Shown piece by piece: positions 56,675-64,000 of a DNA stretch of 64,000 bases. The translations under genes and the position numbers were made by a program. The notes beneath the pieces are model-generated. The model worked only from the letters and a program-made list of their open reading frames with translations, was not told where the DNA came from and searched no databases. Numbering within the stretch: position 1 is the stretch's first letter; each line of letters starts with the position of its first letter. Origin of the DNA: Nannocystis bainbridge (GTDB lineage: Bacteria > Myxococcota_A > Polyangia > Nannocystales > Nannocystaceae); the NCBI RefSeq assembly GCF_028368995.1, contig NZ_JAQNDL010000004.1:224001-288000 (forward strand). The letters are read 5' to 3'.

Positions 56675-59494
56675 ATGCGCGAGCCGGAGCCCATCACCGA
56701 GCACGACAGCGGCGCGAGCGATCGTTTCATGCGCCTGTTCGCCGAGCACCGCGAGCAGGCCGCGACCGCCGATGCGTCGGCCGGGGGTGCCTTCGATTTC
56801 CCGGCCGAGGACGTCGCGGCCTTCAGCGCGCTGATCGGCGACCGCTACCGGATCGAGCGCGAGCTCGGACGCGGCGGCATGGGGGTCGTCTTCCTCGGCC
56901 ACGACCATCGGCTCGAGCGCTGCGTCGCGCTCAAGGTGTTGCCGCGCGCGCACGGCGAGAGCGCGGCGCATCAGCGCCGATTCCTGCGCGAGGCGCGGAC
57001 GGTGGCCAAGCTGTCGCACCCCCACATCGTGCCGATCCTGCACGCCGAGGAGGCCGGGCCGTTCGCCTACTTCACGATGGCCTACGTCGAGGGCGAGACG
57101 CTCGCCGAGCGGATCCGCCGCGCAGGTCGCATGCCGGTCGTCGAGGTGGTGAAGGTGCTGCGCGAGGTCGCGTGGGCGCTGGCGTACTCGCACGCGTGCG
57201 GGGTGGTGCACCGCGACGTCAAGCCCGAGAACATCCTGCTCGAGCGGGCCACGGGCCGCGCGCTGGTGTCGGACTTCGGCATCGCCCAGCAGGTCGGCGA
57301 CGCGGGCATCACCGGCGCCGATCACCTGGTCGGCACGGTCCTGTTCATGAGCCCGGAGCAGGCGCAGCGCGTCGAACTCGACGGGCGCAGCGATCTCTAT
57401 TCGCTGGGGGTGGTCGGCTTCTGGCTGCTGTCCGGCAAGTATCCGTTCGCCGCCGACACGGCGCTGGCGTCGTTGCTGCAGCGCGTAAATCGGCTCGCGC
57501 CGCCGCTGCGCTCGGTCGCCCCCGATGTCGCGCCGGCGATCGCGGCGGTGATCGATCGCTGCCTCGCGCGCGCGCCGGACGACCGCGTGCGCAGCGGCGA
57601 GGAGCTGGCGGAGGCGCTCGAGCGGGCGCTGCACGGCGAGCCGAAGAGCGGCCGCGACGAGCGTGCGCTGGGCGAGGCCGAGATCGGCGCGGCGCTGCTG
57701 CAGGCCGCCGAGCTGCGGCGGATGCTCCGCGAGCACGCGGAAGCGCCGGCGCCGATCGACCGGGTCTGCCGCGCGCTGGGCGAGCAGCTCGGCGTGCCCG
57801 GCGGCGTGGCGATCGACCTGTTCGAGCGGCTCGCGCTCATGTGCCCCGGCGACGCCGACGACCTGCGCGTGCTCGCTGCGGCGCACGGGCAGCTGTTGCC
57901 AGATCCGCAGCATTCCACGGCCGCCGACCTCGGCGCCATGTTCGCGACCCGGGACGACGCCTCGCTGTTCGAGCGGCTGCTCGGCCTGAGCCGCGGCTTG
58001 CCGCTGCACCACCCGCTGGTCCAGCGCCTGCATCTGCTGGCCGCGCGCGTGCGGGCGCATCGTGACGGGGCCGACGACGGCGAGGTCGCGGCGCGCTTGT
58101 TGCTCGAGATCCGCGACCTCGCCGCGCGCCTGCTCGAGCTGCGGCGCGAGGGCTTTGGCGAGCCGGTCGTCGACCACGAGAGCGCGACGCTCGGGCTCTA
58201 CCAGGAGGTGTTGGCGGAGGTCCGCCGCAACGACGGCGTGCGGGCATCGAAGCGGCTCCTGGACCTCGCGCGGGTGCGTGGGGCCTCGCGCTCGCAGCTC
58301 GCGGCGGTCGGCGCCCTCGCCGAGCAGGCGAGCCAGCACGCCGGCGTTCATGCCGCCCGCGGGAGCGACGACGCGTGGTTCGCCTTGCTGGCCGCGCTGC
58401 TCGAGTCGGCCGGCAGCCTGGTGTCGGCGGGTCCGGACGAGCTGGCGATCACCGCGCGCACCGACGAGCTGCGACGCGGCGACCTGCAGAGGGCGCGGCG
58501 ACTGTTCCTCGCGCGCCGCGGCGAAGAGCCTCCGCGAGCGAGCGACGCGATCTTCGTCGCCGAGGCGGTGGGCAAGTCGTACGGCCGCCGCAACCGCGCC
58601 GCCGATCAGGTGCTGGGCGACGTCTCGCTGGCGCTGCATCCCGGGACCATCACCGGGGTGGTCGGGCCCAACGGCTGCGGCAAGACCACGCTGCTGCGGA
58701 TCGTCGCCGGCCAGCTCGCGCCCGATGTCGGCCGCGTCGCCTATCCGCGGCTGGATCCGCCGGGCGTCGCGCGCGGGACGACCGACTGGCAGCGGGTGCT
58801 GCCGCAGATCGGCTACGTCGCGCAGCGCCCGGAGCGGTGGTTCGGCGGCCTCGGCGACAACCTGCACCGCTGGGCCGCGCTGCACGGGGTGGTCGGCGAG
58901 GACAACGCGATCGAGGTCGAGTTCTACCTCAACCGCCTCGACCTGCTGCGTTACCGCGACGCCCAGTGGCACGAGCTGTCGGGCGGCTATCGCATGCGCT
59001 TCGAGCTCGCGCGCGTCATGGTCGCGCGCCCGCGCCTGCTGGTGCTGGACGAGCCGCTGGCGCCGCTCGACATCAATTCGCAGGAGACCTTCCTGCGGGA
59101 CCTCCGCGACCTCGCCGACATGGACGGGCAACAGCTGCCGATCCTGCTCAGCTCGCAGCACATCGTCGAGGTCGAGTCGATCGCGGACACGCTGTTGTGC
59201 CTGCACCAGTCGGGTCGGCCGCGCTTCTGCGGCCCGGCCCGCGCAGTGGCGGGTCGCGGCGACGAGCGGGTGTACGAGCTCGGCGGCGCGATCTCGCAGG
59301 ACCTGCTCGACGCGGTGCGCCAGCAGTTCGCGCTCACGGCCCATCGCGCGGGCGAGCGCTGGATCGTGCGAGTGCCGGCAGATGTCCCGGAGGACAGGTT
59401 GCTGCGGGCGCTGCTGGCCCGCCACGGCAGCGTCGATTACTTCCGCAACATCACGCAATCTTGCGTGCGTTTTTTCAGGGGAGATGCGTCATGA
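56675..59494 (+). CDS. Hanks-type Ser/Thr kinase fused via a helical region to an ABC-transporter ATPase
   Basis: AGGAG RBS. Kinase motifs LGRGGMGVV, VALK, HRDVKPEN, DFG, GTVLFMSPEQ and DLYSLG; ABC motifs GPNGCGKTT, YVAQ, LSGGY and LLVLDEP. Single uninterrupted frame. Confidence 0.9.
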   Translation: MREPEPITEHDSGASDRFMRLFAEHREQAATADASAGGAFDFPAEDVAAFSALIGDRYRIERELGRGGMGVVFLGHDHRLERCVALKVLPRAHGESAAHQRRFLREARTVAKLSHPHIVPILHAEEAGPFAYFTMAYVEGETLAERIRRAGRMPVVEVVKVLREVAWALAYSHACGVVHRDVKPENILLERATGRALVSDFGIAQQVGDAGITGADHLVGTVLFMSPEQAQRVELDGRSDLYSLGVVGFWLLSGKYPFAADTALASLLQRVNRLAPPLRSVAPDVAPAIAAVIDRCLARAPDDRVRSGEELAEALERALHGEPKSGRDERALGEAEIGAALLQAAELRRMLREHAEAPAPIDRVCRALGEQLGVPGGVAIDLFERLALMCPGDADDLRVLAAAHGQLLPDPQHSTAADLGAMFATRDDASLFERLLGLSRGLPLHHPLVQRLHLLAARVRAHRDGADDGEVAARLLLEIRDLAARLLELRREGFGEPVVDHESATLGLYQEVLAEVRRNDGVRASKRLLDLARVRGASRSQLAAVGALAEQASQHAGVHAARGSDDAWFALLAALLESAGSLVSAGPDELAITARTDELRRGDLQRARRLFLARRGEEPPRASDAIFVAEAVGKSYGRRNRAADQVLGDVSLALHPGTITGVVGPNGCGKTTLLRIVAGQLAPDVGRVAYPRLDPPGVARGTTDWQRVLPQIGYVAQRPERWFGGLGDNLHRWAALHGVVGEDNAIEVEFYLNRLDLLRYRDAQWHELSGGYRMRFELARVMVARPRLLVLDEPLAPLDINSQETFLRDLRDLADMDGQQLPILLSSQHIVEVESIADTLLCLHQSGRPRFCGPARAVAGRGDERVYELGGAISQDLLDAVRQQFALTAHRAGERWIVRVPADVPEDRLLRALLARHGSVDYFRNITQSCVRFFRGDAS

Positions 59495-60765
59495 GAGGGA
59501 CCTATTCACGATATCGAATGGTGGCCGCGTGGGGGCGGCTCGACCGCTATTTGTTGCTCAACCGGCCGCACCTATGGACGATGCGCTTTCATGGGACGGT
59601 GGCGCTGGGGCTGCTGGCCACCGCCGCGGCGCTGGTCATCGCGGCGATGGTGCCGGTCGCGGTCGACAGCGTGCCGAGCCTGCGGCCGTTCTTTCTGTCG
59701 TTGCTGGCGCTGAGCACGATCGGATCGCTCTATTGGACGTGGCTGCAATTCCGGGTGCTGCGCCACGTCAGCGTGCGCGGCCGCGACGGCGGCGGGCTGA
59801 CGTTCGTGCTCAACCTGGTGTGCCTGGTGGCGATTCTCCTGCCGCCGCTGGCGGCGACGTCGCTGCTGCGCGCGCGCGTGGTCGAGCGGGTGCCGCAGGC
59901 GCAATATCAGGCGGATATGCGGAGCTTCAACGAGGGGGTGAATGCGCTGAGGGCGTTCGATCGTCCGCGGCAGACGTATCGCTGCTCGCCGAGGGACGAG
60001 GAGCGCATGTTCGGCAAGGATTTCTGCGCGGGACCGATGCCGTCGCCAGCGACCCTCGTGCCTGCGGAGTTCGTGGCGCTCGAGCGCGATGGTGACGAGT
60101 TCAACCGGATCGACTGCGACGAGTGCGGCGCCGTGAACACACGGCTGGAGGCATTCACGGCGGTGGTCGCCCGCTACGGCGAGTCGCGCGCCGGGGCCAA
60201 CCTGAGCAACCTGCAGGTCGCGCACGGGCTCGGCGCGATCGAGACCTATCCGAGCCGATCTCACCTCTTCTCGGTGTGGTTCATGGCCGTGATCGCGGCC
60301 ACTGGCCTCACGATCGCCCGCACGTGCTCGCTGCGCCTGCTGCTCGAATCGGCCGCCGCGCTCGGGGCGGTGTGGGTCGCGCTGACGTTCCTCAGCAGCG
60401 CCTACGCGGCCCACTCGGGGTTGTCGTCGCTGCTCACGGTGGCGGTGTGCGCGGGCGCGCTGCCGGTCGCGGTGCTGGGCCTCCTGACCCGTCCGACCGG
60501 GCTTCAGCTGCGCCTGCTGGTCGCAGCCTGCTTGCTCGCGCCGGCGGCCACGTTGATCGCCGGGATGGCGATCGCCACGTCGCGCGACCTGTTCGATCAC
60601 ACCGACGTAGTGGAGTCGATGAACTACTTCGCCACGCCGTGGTCGAGCCACGGCGATGGGTTCTTCTTCGGGATGATCGGGCTGACCACGCTGGTGGCGA
60701 TCGCGGCGCTGGCGATGTTCCGCCCGGTGGCGCAGCGCATGGCCGCGATCCCGCGGCGACGCTGA
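59491..60765 (+). CDS. Polytopic membrane protein, probable ABC permease partner
   Basis: ATGA overlap with the kinase-ABC gene; about 8 hydrophobic segments; a large loop with 4 Cys including CDEC. Confidence 0.8.
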   Translation: MRGTYSRYRMVAAWGRLDRYLLLNRPHLWTMRFHGTVALGLLATAAALVIAAMVPVAVDSVPSLRPFFLSLLALSTIGSLYWTWLQFRVLRHVSVRGRDGGGLTFVLNLVCLVAILLPPLAATSLLRARVVERVPQAQYQADMRSFNEGVNALRAFDRPRQTYRCSPRDEERMFGKDFCAGPMPSPATLVPAEFVALERDGDEFNRIDCDECGAVNTRLEAFTAVVARYGESRAGANLSNLQVAHGLGAIETYPSRSHLFSVWFMAVIAATGLTIARTCSLRLLLESAAALGAVWVALTFLSSAYAAHSGLSSLLTVAVCAGALPVAVLGLLTRPTGLQLRLLVAACLLAPAATLIAGMAIATSRDLFDHTDVVESMNYFATPWSSHGDGFFFGMIGLTTLVAIAALAMFRPVAQRMAAIPRRR

Positions 60766-60826
60766 TGGCTCACGAAGCTGCGCGCCGCGGCGGCCCGAAA
60801 CGGCGCGCCGCGGCTCGCTGCTGTGC

Positions 60827-62800
60827 TCAGGGCGTCTTGCAGATGTACGGCCGCGGCGAGTCGCAGGGCAGGTCGTTCCACAGGCCGGCGGACCAGGCGG
60901 GGAGGTTGGCGCAGTCCTCCTCGCCGGCGTTGTTGGGCTCGCCCTCGTTCCAGGCGGTGAAGCCGAGCGCGGTGCCGTCGGTCCACACGAAATCGTCCTC
61001 GCTGGCGATGTCGTTGAGGCCGATCCACCAGTCGCTGTTGGCGACCATGAACGCCTCGGCGGCGGCCCAGTCCTGGGTGGCCTGGTCGGGGATCGACAGC
61101 AGGTGGCCGCCCTGGGTCACGCAGTCGGCCTCGGCCTGGGCGAAGGGCAAGGCGACGAAGCAGAGCTGGGCGGTGCCGGGGCCGGGCAGGTCCTTCTCGA
61201 CGCAGTGGGGGCACAGGGGGTCGTCGTCCCAGACGCCGTCGCAGTCGTCGTCGTCGAGGTCGCAGGCCTCCTGGGCGCCGGGGTGGACGTCGGGGTCGTT
61301 GTCGTCGCAGTCGTCGGTGCAGGCGGAGAAGCCGTCGCCGTCGAGGTCGACGTCGCTGGGGATCGTGCAAGCGAGGCCGGCCTGGACAGAGGCGGCGCGC
61401 TGCATGAAGAAGGCGACGTTGCCGGCGATCTCGTTGGTGTTGTCGCCGTCGCTGCACTCCTTGCGCGGGTCGGCGGCGACGGCCGGGGCGATGCTGGCCC
61501 CGAGCTCGGCGGCGGCGCCGGCGAGGTCGAGGGCGTCGACGCGGGCGAGCACGTGGTCGAAGCTGTCGGCGAGCTGCTCGCGGCACGGCTGCGAGGCGGC
61601 GCACATCTGCGCCAGCCGCCCGTCGCCGCCGAACGGGTCGAGGTGGTCGCGCAAGATCTGGTCGATGCCCCACGGCATGAAGGTCCACAGCGCGCCGTCC
61701 TCCTGCGGGCGATGGACGTAGTAGTTGTTGCGGGTCCAGGCGTAGCCGTCCCAGTGGCCGAGGTAGATCTCGGTGGCGGCGAAATCGAGGTAGCGCCCGA
61801 GGTCGAGGACAGCGGCGACGTCGCTGGTAAAGGCGGCGGGGTCGAGCATGCCGTCGAGCGCGGTGGCGAAGTCGTAGAGGTCGGCGAATTCGAGGTCGTC
61901 GCCGTTGTCCTGATCGAAGGAGGGCACGAGGTCGGTGCGGATGTCGCTGCCGTAGGCGCCCTCGTAGATGCTGCCCTTGTCGCTGCCGTACCAGTGGTCG
62001 AGGTAGGGCTCGTTGTCGACGGACTCGACGGCGGTGTAGAGGCCGTAGGGCTCGCCGTTGACGCGCACGACGACGTGGCCGGCGCGGGGGGCCGCGATGC
62101 CGACGTCGCGGAAGAGCGAGTAGCCGAGGATCTCGCGCTGCATGCTGCAGTCCTGGACCATGTTGTTGACGGCGAGCTTCTCGAGGCCCAAGAGCCGCTG
62201 GTCGTCGACGTTGCGGTCGAAATTGAGGAGGAAGGCGGCCTTCTGATCGAGGGTGCGATAGGAGCCGTAGTTGCCCTTGAGGCGCACGCCGATCTCGGTC
62301 AGCTCGTAGACCTGGCCGTCGATCTTGGCCACGAGGTCGCCCTTGGTGTACTTCTTGCCATCGGCGTCGAGAGCGGCGATCGCCTCGTCGGAGAGGGTGA
62401 GGTCGAACTCGGCCATGGCGCCGAAGGCGAACAGCGGCTCGGCCTCGAGGTAGGGGTCCGGATCGCCGGTGGTGCCGCTGGTGGTGTCGGGTTCCTGCGT
62501 GGTCGCGGTGGCGTCGGTGGTGGTCGCGGTGGTGGTCGACGTCGCGTCGGTGGTGCTGGTGGTCACCGCGTCGGTGGTCGAGGTGTCGGTGGTGCCGGTG
62601 GTCGGGACGTCGGTGGTCGAGGTGGTGGTGCCGGGAGTGCCGGTGGTCGGCGCGGTCTCACTGGCGTCGGAGGTGGCGTCCGTCGTGGTGGCGTCGGTGG
62701 TGGTGGCGTCCGTGGTGGCGTCGGTGGTCTGAGCCGTGGGGCTGGTGCAGGCGGCGGCGAGGAGGAGCGGGACGGAGCGGTAAACGGCAGTGCGGGCCAT
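60827..62800 (-). CDS. Lipoprotein: CotH-type atypical kinase, MopE-like repeat and C-type lectin domain
   Basis: Lipobox LAAAC; CotH motifs IGVRLKGN, LAVNNMVQD, VRVNGEPYGLY, HWDGY…NNYY and FMPWGID; DCDD…HPGAQEACDLDDDDCDG; CTLD WIGLND…EPNN…EDC…WNDLPC…YICK. Confidence 0.9.
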   Translation of the reverse strand: MARTAVYRSVPLLLAAACTSPTAQTTDATTDATTTDATTTDATSDASETAPTTGTPGTTTSTTDVPTTGTTDTSTTDAVTTSTTDATSTTTATTTDATATTQEPDTTSGTTGDPDPYLEAEPLFAFGAMAEFDLTLSDEAIAALDADGKKYTKGDLVAKIDGQVYELTEIGVRLKGNYGSYRTLDQKAAFLLNFDRNVDDQRLLGLEKLAVNNMVQDCSMQREILGYSLFRDVGIAAPRAGHVVVRVNGEPYGLYTAVESVDNEPYLDHWYGSDKGSIYEGAYGSDIRTDLVPSFDQDNGDDLEFADLYDFATALDGMLDPAAFTSDVAAVLDLGRYLDFAATEIYLGHWDGYAWTRNNYYVHRPQEDGALWTFMPWGIDQILRDHLDPFGGDGRLAQMCAASQPCREQLADSFDHVLARVDALDLAGAAAELGASIAPAVAADPRKECSDGDNTNEIAGNVAFFMQRAASVQAGLACTIPSDVDLDGDGFSACTDDCDDNDPDVHPGAQEACDLDDDDCDGVWDDDPLCPHCVEKDLPGPGTAQLCFVALPFAQAEADCVTQGGHLLSIPDQATQDWAAAEAFMVANSDWWIGLNDIASEDDFVWTDGTALGFTAWNEGEPNNAGEEDCANLPAWSAGLWNDLPCDSPRPYICKTP

Positions 62801-63070
62801 GACCCGCGACGGTACGCCGACTGCAGACGGGTGGGAGGGTCGGCGTTTGCAGGTCCAGGGGCCGCGAGGGCGTGAGGGACGTGCTGGCCGGGGTTCCGCG
62901 GGGATCGAGGCGCTACGCAGGCGCGGCTCGGCGCTGTCCTTCGGGACATGTTGCGGGCGGCCGAGGGGCGAGAGAGCGCGCGGGCCGGGGCTGCCTCTCG
63001 GGACAGGTCATGGGGCGGGGGCGAGCCGGGGACGGCGGCTGTCTCTCGGGGCAGGTTGGGGCCGCGCGGG

Positions 63071-63910
63071 TCAGCGGGCGGGGTCGAGCGATTGCAGGCG
63101 CAGCTCCTGCTTCTGCGCCCTCGTCTTGTTGCGGTCGTAGTTGAAGAGGGCGTCGTCCCACGAGCCGTACATCGGGTTCGGGATGACGAACCACCGCGCG
63201 CCCCACCAGGCGGCGTGCTCGCGCACGAGGCCGGCGCGCTCGGCCAGGGTGGCGTGGTCCTTGTCGACGAAATCGAACAGGTTGTCGCCGAACATGAGGA
63301 CGATGCGGTGCGTCTTGGCGACCTCGGCGCGGCGCGGGCTCTTCTCCTTCCAGCCGCGCTCGGGGTCGCGGAAGTAGAAGGTGTCGAGGTTGGCAGTGTC
63401 GGGGAAGCCGAGCCGCGCGAGGTTGTCGCGGGTGGGCTCGGCCTGCGGGAGGTCGCGGTTCGAGACGTAGAAGACGCGCACGCCCTTGCCAGCAGCAGCA
63501 GCGAGGAAGGCGGCGGCGCCCGGGACCCCGGTGGCCTTGCGCTCGTCGATCCAGGCGCCCCAGGTGTCGGGGGCGAACTCGCCGCCGCTGGCGATCAGGC
63601 GGGCCTGGTAGGCGCTGTTGTCGAGCACGGTCTCGTCGACGTCGACGATGATGGCGGGCGGGAGGCCGGCGAAATCACCCTGCTGCTCGACGGCGGCGGT
63701 CCAGGTGGTGTCGGCGAGGGCCCGCTCGAGCGCGGGGCCGGCGGCGCCGTAAGCCTGCAGCGCGGCGGCCTCGTACTCGGCGCTGGTCTGCAGCCAGGCG
63801 ACCGCGAACAACATGTCGTTGGCGGCCCCGCCCGCCGCGACCGGGGTGTGCTTGCAGGCCAGCGGCGCAGCGAGGGCGAGGGCGAGGGCGATGCGAGGCA
63901 GGAGGGACAT
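63071..63910 (-). CDS. Class C acid phosphatase / 5'-nucleotidase lipoprotein e(P4) family (HAD)
   Basis: Lipobox PLAC; DVDETVLDNS, YVSNR, FGDNLFDF and IPNPMYGSW. Confidence 0.93.
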   Translation of the reverse strand: MSLLPRIALALALAAPLACKHTPVAAGGAANDMLFAVAWLQTSAEYEAAALQAYGAAGPALERALADTTWTAAVEQQGDFAGLPPAIIVDVDETVLDNSAYQARLIASGGEFAPDTWGAWIDERKATGVPGAAAFLAAAAGKGVRVFYVSNRDLPQAEPTRDNLARLGFPDTANLDTFYFRDPERGWKEKSPRRAEVAKTHRIVLMFGDNLFDFVDKDHATLAERAGLVREHAAWWGARWFVIPNPMYGSWDDALFNYDRNKTRAQKQELRLQSLDPAR

Positions 63911-64000
63911 GGGTGGCCGGAGAGTAGCGGGAAATGGCCGGCAGACCCACGCTGTCGGGCGCCGGGCGAGGCGGAGCGGTGTGACGGCGGTGGGGCCGAA

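Overview
Very GC-rich (over 70% by eye) myxobacterial DNA, most like Nannocystis/Polyangia. The evidence is the many lipoproteins with Thr/Ser-rich linkers, myxobacterial Cys-rich repeats, giant TPR proteins and ECF-kinase pairs. About 45 real CDS can be supported; most long ORFs in the track are antisense or off-frame shadows. I saw no rRNA, tRNA, CRISPR array or transposase. Main observations: (1) a 14-bp palindrome TGTCC-N4-GGACA with at least 15 perfect copies found by eye, also forming head-to-tail arrays of exactly 14-bp period, both intergenic and inside CDS; (2) a three-gene operon of ECF sigma factor, Ser/Thr kinase fused to an ABC ATPase, and a polytopic membrane protein; (3) a stand-alone Asub-PCP-reductase protein with substituted catalytic residues; (4) two translationally coupled mini-ORFs inside a yeeE-yeeE-persulfide dioxygenase operon; (5) a ~4 kb segment bracketed by ~100-bp inverted repeats, carrying a 5 x 46-aa near-identical repeat protein; (6) small secreted six-Cys peptides. 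All family calls come from motif recognition by eye; no database searches were run.
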